A DNA stretch of 38,661 nucleotides from a virus (IMGVR_UViG_3300048881_000221:1-38661); one strand, 5' to 3'; shown: positions 16,031 through 23,905, numbered from the stretch's first letter. The notes: generated from the letters alone by a model not told the origin. A program made the numbers and translations.

Positions 16031-18400
16031 TTAGTATTTTGAAGGGTCGAAGTCGTCAACTTCGGTTTTCTTGATAGTATAAAACTGACCTTTTTTACCA
16101 GTCTTACCCTTTAGGCCTAATTCGGTCATACGATTAAAAAATCTTTTAAGACCCATTGAGTACCTTTCGCGTTGCTGCTCAGTCATAAATTCTACGTAAG
16201 CCTTATACGCCTCTCTAGGTTTTACGAAGTCGTGCGGCTCACCTTCAGCTGGTACAAGCTCATTTAATTCTAGCCACTCTTCGACGCTGTCTTGCGCCCT
16301 AAATGACTCTTGAGCTTCGGTTAGGTCACTAATATACTCGTGAATATACGTAGTATTATTATTTTCATCTATTCCACGCCAGAGCTTGACATAATCAATC
16401 TCATTAATGTCGTCCCACTGACACCTTTTATCTACCCAGTATTCAAAATAACGACGCGAGCTTGTAGGGTCGTGGATAATATCAGCGACGTGACTATTAG
16501 AAGTACCGATAAACGACGCGAAGTTTTTACCTTGCACTCTCGTAGTTTTACCTAGTGGTCTATAGTTTAACCATTTCGAAGTTATCTTATTTTTTAGCGC
16601 TTCGACATTTACTTTTCTTGTCGCGGCCATCTCATCGAAAAATACAATAGCATTAGCTGTAAGTCTAAAGTCGTGCCTTTCGTCTGCTATAGAGTCGAGC
16701 ATCATAGTGTCGACTAATTCTTTAAACGGCTTAAAAAGTTTTATAATAGCTTGAGTCTTACCAGTGTTAGTGATACCAGCGAGTACGATCATCATTTCGC
16801 GCTCTACAGATAGGCCGCATACTTTACGCTTAACGAGCCAGCACCAGTGCTTTAATACATTAACTTCAAGCTCTGACGGCTCACGAGATAGAACCGCAGT
16901 TAAAAACTTTTCGACGAGGTCGTTACTACCTTCGTAGCTTAAATGATCTTGTAGACTCTGAAGTCTTTTAGCTCGCTCGTTGGATTCCCACTCGTTTAAA
17001 AATGCAGTAATTCTATTTTGCGAAACCATTTTATATTCTTTTCTACTTACTAAGTCTGAAGCGTTAAATATACGATCTTCGATTACGTTTCTAGGTATAG
17101 GGTTTTCTAGGTCATTATTTAGAAACCAGTTATTAGCTAGAGTAACTACGGCCATGTTTTCTACAAGCCAGTTTCTAATAAATTCTGTAGCTGGTTTAGC
17201 TGCTATCGTTGCCAGCTCTTGAAAAGCAGACTTCGGTGCATCTACTGGCACTGGTCTTTTATCTTTTCTTAGCTTGGCCCACAGATCACACTTAGCGCTA
17301 CAGTGCTTAGACTTGATAGGCTCTAAACACCCGTGGTTATAGAAACGATCGCCGTTATAAATATCATGTATCATATCGAAGCACTCGGCTTGGCGATGCT
17401 CAGGCATTACGCGCTCTATCCAAGGGGTCATAACATTAATACAATGCTCGATAGCTTTACCGCTTTTAAAAAGATCATTGATTAAAATTAGGCACGTTGT
17501 ATTTCTTTCGCCCTCGTCTATCTCAGCTTCGAAAAGTCTCTTGATACATACCTTACCGTCGAAAGCCTCAAGTCTTGTAGGCTCAAGAGCAGTACCAGCT
17601 TTAGACTTATCGTAAGCAGCTGTAGCTTTCGCTTGCTCTAATATATCTACGAGAATAGGGTTAGGCTCAACTTCGTAGTTTTTAATTTCGTACATGGTAT
17701 CGCGACGTACTTTACAATATTCTTTAATCGCGTTTATGTCTTTCGTATCGACGCCAACGTGACTAACAATAGTTTTATAGAGTCCAGTCTTAGCGTGTTT
17801 AGAATTAGGTACACGAAACTTACGACCGATATTATACACTGACGTATCGAGTGTAGGAAAATGCGGCTTCAGCTCATGCGATAAATTTCTAAGAGTCTTA
17901 GGTAGATTTTCGTCAGCTGGTAGGCCGAAGTATTCGAAAGGTACAGAGATATGAAAACCCTTAGACCCTGAGTACGCGACGTAAAAGTATTCGAAGCGAA
18001 AGTAATTTAAGAAAGCTTGTACGTCTCTTAGAGAATTTTCTGGACTGTCTTCGTCGTCGAAGTCGAAACCTACTAGCCCGAAAGCTGGACGACAAGCGCC
18101 CTCGGCGTTTTTGAATGTTAGACCTAGGTTAACTTCGCCCTCGTCTAGTTTGATATTATCAGACTGAGCTACTGTACGAATGACTTTGGTTTTAAACTTC
18201 GAGCCATCTTTCGCGGTTTTCTCAACGAGTTTACCAGTGTCGATAGCTACCTTCAGCCCTGACTCTGGTACGTCGAAATGATTATAGTAAGCTTCGCTAC
18301 CGTCGTGGTTTTTGATAGCTTCGACGAGGTCGTCAGAGTTTAAATGCCCGTCAGTACCCTTAGCGAATTTCGATGTAACTAGATAGTTAATATGTTTCAT
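16031..18400 (-). CDS. AEP primase-polymerase fused to PriCT-like domain and VirE/VapE P-loop helicase
   Basis: AEP motifs FDFDD, YSGSKGFHI, RKFRVPNS; GERN helical domain; Walker A GITNTGKT, Walker B FFDE, FIGTSN, SSRRY. Confidence 0.92.
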   Translation of the reverse strand: MKHINYLVTSKFAKGTDGHLNSDDLVEAIKNHDGSEAYYNHFDVPESGLKVAIDTGKLVEKTAKDGSKFKTKVIRTVAQSDNIKLDEGEVNLGLTFKNAEGACRPAFGLVGFDFDDEDSPENSLRDVQAFLNYFRFEYFYVAYSGSKGFHISVPFEYFGLPADENLPKTLRNLSHELKPHFPTLDTSVYNIGRKFRVPNSKHAKTGLYKTIVSHVGVDTKDINAIKEYCKVRRDTMYEIKNYEVEPNPILVDILEQAKATAAYDKSKAGTALEPTRLEAFDGKVCIKRLFEAEIDEGERNTTCLILINDLFKSGKAIEHCINVMTPWIERVMPEHRQAECFDMIHDIYNGDRFYNHGCLEPIKSKHCSAKCDLWAKLRKDKRPVPVDAPKSAFQELATIAAKPATEFIRNWLVENMAVVTLANNWFLNNDLENPIPRNVIEDRIFNASDLVSRKEYKMVSQNRITAFLNEWESNERAKRLQSLQDHLSYEGSNDLVEKFLTAVLSREPSELEVNVLKHWCWLVKRKVCGLSVEREMMIVLAGITNTGKTQAIIKLFKPFKELVDTMMLDSIADERHDFRLTANAIVFFDEMAATRKVNVEALKNKITSKWLNYRPLGKTTRVQGKNFASFIGTSNSHVADIIHDPTSSRRYFEYWVDKRCQWDDINEIDYVKLWRGIDENNNTTYIHEYISDLTEAQESFRAQDSVEEWLELNELVPAEGEPHDFVKPREAYKAYVEFMTEQQRERYSMGLKRFFNRMTELGLKGKTGKKGQFYTIKKTEVDDFDPSKY

Positions 18401-18434
18401 TGTACCCCTACAAGTTTAAATATATGAGGTGCAT

Positions 18435-18485
18435 AGGCTAAAAGTTATTTTATAGATTGACAAGTGAAAATTATTTTTCGATTAT
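18435..18485. promoter_or_regulatory. Back-to-back promoters sharing overlapping -35 boxes
   Basis: Minus strand: TTGTCA(18463-58)-17-TAGCCT(18440-35) toward primase. Plus strand: TTGACA(18457-62)-17-GATTAT(18480-85) toward the hairpin RNA. Confidence 0.6.
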
Positions 18486-18490
18486 AAGAC

Positions 18491-18575
18491 CTTATGGTTA
18501 TGAGCCATAGATCACCTAGCGCCCTCGTACGCCTGAGTAGTACCCCTACCCTAACGTCGAGGGCGTTCTAGGTTT
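18491..18575 (+). ncRNA. Candidate antisense small RNA with anti-RBS loop
   Basis: Hairpin 18492-18510, then stem ACCUAG-CGCCCUCG/CGAGGGCG-UU-CUAGGU enclosing GUAGUACCCCUAC, complementary to several phage RBSs. Confidence 0.55.
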
Positions 18576-18768
18576 ACTCTCCTAACTCTTCACAAGTAAG
18601 CCCAGCGAAAACGCTATTTAGTCTTTCAAGTGATAGAGTACCGTCGAAAGGGTCGAGTACTTTTTTATCTCTATGTATTAGCGCCCAAGCTAAGTAGATC
18701 GCGTCTACTATGGTGCGAGTGTCGTCTTCAGTCATCATACTTACGGCTGGCTTCATTACGTCTTTCAT
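18574..18768 (-). CDS. Hypothetical protein
   Basis: ATGA overlap with the upstream gene; GAGGT RBS. Confidence 0.65.
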   Translation of the reverse strand: MKDVMKPAVSMMTEDDTRTIVDAIYLAWALIHRDKKVLDPFDGTLSLERLNSVFAGLTCEELGE

Positions 18769-19238
18769 TTTAACTTACCTCGTCTTAACATAAAGCCAAG
18801 CTCTTTAAATTTATCTATACACGACTCTTCTTTAAAGTCGCCTTTTAAAAATAAGTCTTCTTGATTTTTATATTTAGTTAGTAGCTTAGCCTTATTATCT
18901 TTAATACAGTTTTTAACATTACAGTAGCGATCTATTAATTTAACTTTCATAGCAGTATGATTACATAAGAGCTTTTCTCTTAGAGGTATATCGCTATTAG
19001 TAAGGGCGTAAACAGCGTTAGCGGTATCTACACCGAAACCAGCTTTAAGCATATCGTAGCTAACTTCGGTGTCCTCTATAATATCATGCAAGTATGCGAC
19101 CTCTATTAATAGACGCTTATTATATCTAATATCCATACCTTTAATGGTATTAGCGACCTCGTCTAAATGAAATATGTAAGGCTTATCACCGTATTTCTGC
19201 CCCCAGTGGTATTGTATTGCATAGTCTCTAGCACTCAT
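18765..19238 (-). CDS. HD-domain small alarmone hydrolase-like protein (SpoT/Mesh1 family)
   Basis: H.GQ.Y...PYIFH...VA, AYLHDIIEDT, FG...A..V..LT, VKLIDR..N. Confidence 0.88.
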   Translation of the reverse strand: MSARDYAIQYHWGQKYGDKPYIFHLDEVANTIKGMDIRYNKRLLIEVAYLHDIIEDTEVSYDMLKAGFGVDTANAVYALTNSDIPLREKLLCNHTAMKVKLIDRYCNVKNCIKDNKAKLLTKYKNQEDLFLKGDFKEESCIDKFKELGFMLRRGKLK

Positions 19239-19675
19239 TTTAATACCCCTCTAATTTCGTTGGCGAAGTCTGGCATTTCTTCTTTCATATCTTCGCTGTA
19301 AATTAATTTTAACTCTCCATACGCGAGCTTTAGAAGACGCTTTAAGTTAGCTATCTCTTCTTTCTTGGTAGGCTTCTTAGCTGGTTTAATCGGTACGCGG
19401 TGGGTACATTCCCATACGAGTACAGTCTGCTTAGTAACCTTACAAGGGCGCTTGTCTTTCTCGACGACACTACCCATAGCTCGTAACTCTCCTAACCTCG
19501 TGGTTATGTTAGCTTGGTTAATTTTCTTTTTACCTACGAGATTTTTATAAAGCTCATTCGCGGTACAAGGCCCATAATTAAAGAGGGCTTCGTATACTAG
19601 TTTTTGCATATTACCTAGCTCGCCTGAGCTTATAACTTTCTCTAGTGCTTTCTTACTTGTATCTCTTACACTCAT
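19235..19675 (-). CDS. Winged-helix DNA-binding protein
   Basis: QKLVYEAL...GPCTANEL...ITTRLGELRAMGSV...RPCKVT.....VW. Confidence 0.75.
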   Translation of the reverse strand: MSVRDTSKKALEKVISSGELGNMQKLVYEALFNYGPCTANELYKNLVGKKKINQANITTRLGELRAMGSVVEKDKRPCKVTKQTVLVWECTHRVPIKPAKKPTKKEEIANLKRLLKLAYGELKLIYSEDMKEEMPDFANEIRGVLK

Positions 19676-20007
19676 AATATCACCTCTACCTCATACTTAT
19701 TATTTTTATAAACTACGAAGCACCCGTAGTTTTTCTGTAGTTTACCTATACTGACTTTACCAGCGACTTGAAAGCGTTTACCCTTGATAATCTCTTTCGT
19801 ACCTCTATGTTTGAAAGCATTATCGAATTTAACTTTAGCGCCATGTAGCTTATTCTTTACAGCTTCTTGACACTCTACGACCGCGTCAGTAGTCCACGGT
19901 ACTTCTATCTCAGGCTCAGACTTTTCGAAGCCGCCCATAAAATAAGTTACTACTGTTACAATTACGGTTAAGTTAATTACACCGATTAGGTTTTTATTTA
20001 TCTTCAT
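19672..20007 (-). CDS. Membrane-anchored hypothetical protein
   Basis: N-terminal TM segment, then a small domain with two Cys (CQEAVK, YGC). Confidence 0.7.
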   Translation of the reverse strand: MKINKNLIGVINLTVIVTVVTYFMGGFEKSEPEIEVPWTTDAVVECQEAVKNKLHGAKVKFDNAFKHRGTKEIIKGKRFQVAGKVSIGKLQKNYGCFVVYKNNKYEVEVIL

Positions 20008-20182
20008 TTTTAGACCTCACTGTTATGTAATTATGGTAGGGGTGTATATCACCATTCAATATGCCGTCTATAAATTTCTGAAGTGAGCCGTACTTCTTGC
20101 ATATCTTTTCTTTAATCTTAGGCTCTAGCCTTACACTGTAGCTTTTCTTTACTTCTTTACCGTCTCTTGGTCTACCTAACAT
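19994..20182 (-). CDS. Small DNA-binding protein (GRP hook plus RHH-like)
   Basis: GRPR....KKSYSVRLEPKIKEKI..KYGSLQKFID. Confidence 0.65.
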   Translation of the reverse strand: MLGRPRDGKEVKKSYSVRLEPKIKEKICKKYGSLQKFIDGILNGDIHPYHNYITVRSKNEDK

Positions 20183-20340
20183 TATCGCCCCCAGTTACAA
20201 GATACGCCGACACCACTAGCCGTAGCAACTACGATACACTCTTTACCACCTATCGTAGTTTTCTGGCTCTGAAAGCTGAAGTACGACGCGGTCGCAGTTA
20301 GACATAGTCCTAATATAATACCAATTATAAAACCTTTCAT
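20182..20340 (-). CDS. Small secreted/membrane protein (52 aa; not in ORF track)
   Basis: MKGFIIGIILGLCLTATASYFSFQSQKTTIGGKECIVVATASGVGVSCNWGR; GAGGTG RBS. Confidence 0.75.
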   Translation of the reverse strand: MKGFIIGIILGLCLTATASYFSFQSQKTTIGGKECIVVATASGVGVSCNWGR

Positions 20341-20489
20341 ACTTTCACCTCTATGTTAAAGAGCTGCTTAAATAGCCCCTCTACTATTAATTTACATTCC
20401 CTCTCGCGGTCAGTACCTCTAACACGTCTAAGCTCTTCTATAGCTAGTTGTACTTGTGCGAGCAGTCTCATTTCTTCTAATGCTGTCAT
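20337..20489 (-). CDS. Small hypothetical protein (50 aa; not in ORF track)
   Basis: MTALEEMRLLAQVQLAIEELRRVRG...; GAGGT RBS and ATGA overlap. Confidence 0.75.
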   Translation of the reverse strand: MTALEEMRLLAQVQLAIEELRRVRGTDRERECKLIVEGLFKQLFNIEVKV

Positions 20490-20510
20490 ATTAACCTCGT
20501 AGTTATGAGC

Positions 20511-20669
20511 CTAGTTGTCTAGGCCCACAAGTATATTTAAGATATTTTCTAAAGCGTTAATTTCTTTAACGACGCTGTCTTTATGGCCGTCGTCATAATG
20601 CTTTAGAATTTCTTCTAAATGATTAATACGATCTTGGATAATAACGATTAATGAATTAATGTAAGTCAT
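20511..20669 (-). CDS. Small hypothetical protein (52 aa), first gene of the leftward early operon
   Basis: MTYINSLIVIIQDRINHLEEILKHY...; AGGGGT RBS downstream of a strong promoter. Confidence 0.75.
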   Translation of the reverse strand: MTYINSLIVIIQDRINHLEEILKHYDDGHKDSVVKEINALENILNILVGLDN

Positions 20670-20699
20670 GCAGTACCCCTACTGTTTAAGTTATAACTC

Positions 20700-20728
20700 A
20701 TAGTAGCATTTCGTACCACGAAAAGCAA
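20700..20728 (-). promoter_or_regulatory. Leftward early promoter with palindromic operator
   Basis: TTGCTT-17-TACTAT; TTTCGT-ACC-ACGAAA at 20709-20723; AT-rich upstream element. Confidence 0.75.
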
Positions 20729-20749
20729 GCTTTATTTTAAAATATTTTC

Positions 20750-20783
20750 TTGACGATAGAAAAAGTATAGGTTACTCATATAC
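20750..20783 (+). promoter_or_regulatory. Rightward promoter region
   Basis: TTGACG at 20750 with an imperfect -10; ATAGGTTANNCATATAC motif shared with 26085-26101. Confidence 0.5.
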
Positions 20784-20809
20784 TTCAATTACTTACAGGG
20801 GTGCTATAA

Positions 20810-21091
20810 ATGTTTAATGTAAAAGTACTTAACGACGCGATCGTATCGTTATCAGACGAAGGTAAAGCAGAAATACAGAAAATGGTAGATATTTTCGAGC
20901 AGTATAAATCTGAGGTAGAAAGACTAGAAGAGGTCGCCGAAGGTTTCGAGCAGCTATCTAAGCAACTTCAAAAAGACAAAGAAAACCTAGAGGCCACAGT
21001 AGCTAGTCAAGCTGAAAAGATTACTCAGCTAACTGAGGGTACTACAGTAATCAAACCTAAAGAAGAGTTTCTAAACTCGCACGAGCTATAG
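20810..21091 (+). CDS. Coiled-coil hypothetical protein
   Basis: Heptad-rich; AGGGGT RBS. Confidence 0.75.
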   Translation: MFNVKVLNDAIVSLSDEGKAEIQKMVDIFEQYKSEVERLEEVAEGFEQLSKQLQKDKENLEATVASQAEKITQLTEGTTVIKPKEEFLNSHEL

Positions 21092-21092
21092 T

Positions 21093-21464
21093 ATGGACAT
21101 TAACGACCCGAATGTTATGGACTTGAGCCACTTAAAAGCTACTCAAGAAGACCGCTTCAAGATACACCAAAAAATGGGCCTACCAGTTAATGAGCTTCGT
21201 AGAGTCCTAGATACTCTGTACGACGGCGAAATGCGTACAGCTATCTGGCTAACTCAGATTAGAGCTTTCTACTCTAAGAAACAAAATTTAACTCGTGAGC
21301 ATCAAGTATACTTATGGCTTATACGTAACGAGCTTACAGGGCTTAGACTTGTAGAGTTTTTTGAGAATGAAGACGGCTTCTTAAATGCAATGAATTTAAT
21401 TATTAACCGTATCGAGGGTAGAAAAATCTCTCTCGAAAGAATTAAAATTGATGAAGCTCTTTAA
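21093..21464 (+). CDS. Hypothetical protein
   Basis: 123-aa ORF coupled to neighbours. Confidence 0.7.
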   Translation: MDINDPNVMDLSHLKATQEDRFKIHQKMGLPVNELRRVLDTLYDGEMRTAIWLTQIRAFYSKKQNLTREHQVYLWLIRNELTGLRLVEFFENEDGFLNAMNLIINRIEGRKISLERIKIDEAL

Positions 21465-21552
21465 AGATATACCTACATTCGAAGGTGTCTACTTAGCTAA
21501 TAAATGTGGTCAGAATATTGTATTAAAACTAATAAAACATGGAGTCACGTAA
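21451..21552 (+). pseudogene. NUMOD4-motif remnant (decayed HNH homing endonuclease N-terminus)
   Basis: MKLFKDIPTFEGVYLANKCGQ resembles the NUMOD4 pattern WKDIPGYEGLYQVSN.G; an adjacent frame continues YCIKTNK. Confidence 0.6.
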
Positions 21553-21553
21553 A

Positions 21554-22441
21554 ATGAAATGGTTATGGAGAAAGATCAAAAACTTCTTTAGAAAGAAGAA
21601 ACCTACACCACCAATCATAATTAATGACGAGGTCGAAAATGAAACAAGACCTAACGATAATGAAGACACTGATAAGCCTGACGACTTAGGTATCGACGAG
21701 ACTGTATACACTGAGGGCGCTAAAGAATTAGTATACCCTAAAGCTGTGTACTACGGTGAGAAAATGAGGACTAGAGGGCGTTATAAGAAAGGCTACCCAC
21801 AAGGTGCTATTATTCATTATACGGCTGGACGTAGTCGTAACAAGGTCGAGGGTGGTAGTAGACATAAAGACACTAATAAAGAAATGGGTAAAAAATCTAC
21901 TGACAGTGCTATCAGAAATAACTCTCTATGCTATTTCGTAAACGACCGCGACGGTAATATACACCAAGCTTTTAAGCTTAATCGTTGGGGTTATCATGCT
22001 GGTACATCTAAATGGCCTAAGCTGTGGGGTAGTGTAAGTGACGAGCTTGTAGGTATTGAAACTCAGGGCGCTGGTAAACTCTCCGAAGTTCACGAAGGTA
22101 TTTATAAAGCCTACTTCACTGATACTAATAAAGGTGACTTACCGTTTTATGAAGACGAGGTAAGACATATAACTACGACGAAAGATAATTTAACTAGAGG
22201 TACTTTTCATAAGTTTACTGAAGCTCAAGAGAAAGGACTCGTAGAGTTACTACTATGGCTTAAACGTAATAACCCCGAAGTTTTTAACTTCGATCTAGTA
22301 TTAGGTCACGACGAGGTAGCTGGTAAAGAAATGCTAGGTTATCAGAGAAAAGTAGACCCTAGTGGTAGTCTGTCAATGACTATGCCAGAGTTTAGGGAAT
22401 ATCTGAAGAAAGAATATAAAAACAGATATGGAGAGTCATAG
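21554..22441 (+). CDS. N-acetylmuramoyl-L-alanine amidase (Amidase_2), endolysin-like
   Basis: IIHYTAG, GYHAG, VGIE, LGHDEV...KVDP zinc-amidase motifs. GGAG at 21541 favours the start at 21554. Confidence 0.9.
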   Translation: MKWLWRKIKNFFRKKKPTPPIIINDEVENETRPNDNEDTDKPDDLGIDETVYTEGAKELVYPKAVYYGEKMRTRGRYKKGYPQGAIIHYTAGRSRNKVEGGSRHKDTNKEMGKKSTDSAIRNNSLCYFVNDRDGNIHQAFKLNRWGYHAGTSKWPKLWGSVSDELVGIETQGAGKLSEVHEGIYKAYFTDTNKGDLPFYEDEVRHITTTKDNLTRGTFHKFTEAQEKGLVELLLWLKRNNPEVFNFDLVLGHDEVAGKEMLGYQRKVDPSGSLSMTMPEFREYLKKEYKNRYGES

Positions 22442-22443
22442 TT

Positions 22444-22623
22444 ATGAATGGAAAACGAGCAAGACAGATTAGAAAAGCAGCTGGTGGTCAAGAGATTACT
22501 ACAGAGCGTGAGTATTTTTATGAGAAAGTAGGTAGTGGTCGTCAGATTATTTTAAACAAAAATTCTAGTCGTAAGCGCTATCAAGCTTTAAAACGAGTCT
22601 TTAAAGAAAGCGCTTCAATGTAA
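22444..22623 (+). CDS. Small basic hypothetical protein (59 aa; not in ORF track)
   Basis: MNGKRARQIRKAAG...RKRYQALKR; coupled to neighbours. Confidence 0.75.
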   Translation: MNGKRARQIRKAAGGQEITTEREYFYEKVGSGRQIILNKNSSRKRYQALKRVFKESASM

Positions 22624-22772
22624 TGGAAAATAAACAAGAGCCTATCGCTTGGGTATGTACAGACTGTGGGGCCGAGTCTACTTACAGAGTAGAGCATAAT
22701 GAGAAAGCCCCGCGAGGCTGGCGCGAAGACGATAAAGGTTATCATTGTAATAAATGTAGGGGTAAAAAATGA
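22623..22772 (+). CDS. Small zinc-ribbon protein (49 aa; not in ORF track)
   Basis: WVCTDCG...PRGW...HCNKC. Confidence 0.75.
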   Translation: MENKQEPIAWVCTDCGAESTYRVEHNEKAPRGWREDDKGYHCNKCRGKK

Positions 22773-22915
22773 GCTATAACAATTGTATAGAGAAACTTGA
22801 AGAGGCTAAAAAAGAATTAATAAATGAAAAACAATTCGTAAAGGCTGAAATTAAATTTTTGCTGGTGCAGATTGATTTAGCGATTGAAGCCATAACTAAC
22901 CAATGGGGTAAATAA
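22769..22915 (+). CDS. Small hypothetical protein (48 aa; not in ORF track)
   Basis: MSYNNCIEKLEEAKKELINEK...; AGGGGT RBS and overlaps at both ends. Confidence 0.7.
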   Translation: MSYNNCIEKLEEAKKELINEKQFVKAEIKFLLVQIDLAIEAITNQWGK

Positions 22916-23661
22916 TGTTAGTACTAGGACTAGATTTAGAAACTACGACATTCGATCAAGATATTTTACGAATTACTGAGGTAGGGGCCGTACTTTATGA
23001 CACTGACTTAAAGTGCCCTATCGAAGTACAGGCCGACCTAGTATACGAGCCAGACATTCCATTACCTATGGACACTTTCGTAGTAGGGTTGACTGGTATT
23101 ACTGACGATATGATTAAAAACTACGGTAAGAAGCCTGAGGACGTGTTAGGTAAGTTTTTTGATCTTTATAAAAGAGCCGAATATATCGTAGCTCATAACG
23201 GTAATGAGTTCGACCGCCCAGCTATGCAAAATTTTATAGCTAGGTATTACAGTCAAGATTTAATGAAGGCTAACGGTATTGAGCCTAAGCATTGGATAGA
23301 TACCATGACTGACGTACCTTACGGCGAGTATATCAATACGCGAAAGCTAGAAGACTTGACGGGTCGTCATGGTTTCTTAAACCCATTCCCACATAGAGCT
23401 TTCACCGATGTAATGAGTATGCTTAGAATTATGAGCGAGTACGACTTCGACGAGGTCGTGAAAATTTCTCACTCTCCGACCCTGAAGTTTCACGCTAACG
23501 TCGACTATCATAATAAAGACGTCGCTAAGCAAGCTGGCTTTAAGTGGGATACGGCGGCTCGTAAGTGGTGGTATAAAATGAAAGAATGTTTCATAGATCA
23601 AGAGGCGTACGCTAATGGTACTCTCTGGGATTTTCCATATAGTGAGGTAAAGAATGACTAA
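22915..23661 (+). CDS. DEDDh 3'-5' exonuclease (DnaQ-like) with C-terminal DUF5710-like domain
   Basis: LDLETT, VAHNGNEFD, WIDT, HRAFTD; tail KDVAKQAGFKWD...KWW. Confidence 0.92.
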   Translation: MLVLGLDLETTTFDQDILRITEVGAVLYDTDLKCPIEVQADLVYEPDIPLPMDTFVVGLTGITDDMIKNYGKKPEDVLGKFFDLYKRAEYIVAHNGNEFDRPAMQNFIARYYSQDLMKANGIEPKHWIDTMTDVPYGEYINTRKLEDLTGRHGFLNPFPHRAFTDVMSMLRIMSEYDFDEVVKISHSPTLKFHANVDYHNKDVAKQAGFKWDTAARKWWYKMKECFIDQEAYANGTLWDFPYSEVKND

Positions 23662-23905
23662 GCCTTTTAAGCATATAATTAATGGTATGCAAGTAAAGGG
23701 TAATTGTTTCGCTTGTGAGCATTTAGAATACGTAGACGACCAGAGCTATGAGATACAAGACGGCGGTTTTTGCTGTAATAAAAGAGAATATAAAACAGAA
23801 AGACAAGAGCGCGACCATTTAAACTTATTAAACTATGAAGACCAGCGATACCTAAAGACAGCTAAGAAATGCTGTGAAATTAGAAAAGACTGGCTAAAGG
23901 GGTAA
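23654..23905 (+). CDS. Cys-rich hypothetical protein
   Basis: CFACEH...FCC...CCE. Confidence 0.7.
   Translation: MTKPFKHIINGMQVKGNCFACEHLEYVDDQSYEIQDGGFCCNKREYKTERQERDHLNLLNYEDQRYLKTAKKCCEIRKDWLKG

Noticed and set aside
18514-18573. HDV-like ribozyme (GCG-CCCUCGUA-CGC resembles P3/L3)
   Set aside because: No P1 partner, no P1.1 GG and no catalytic C-(G)AA junction; a long simple hairpin competes.
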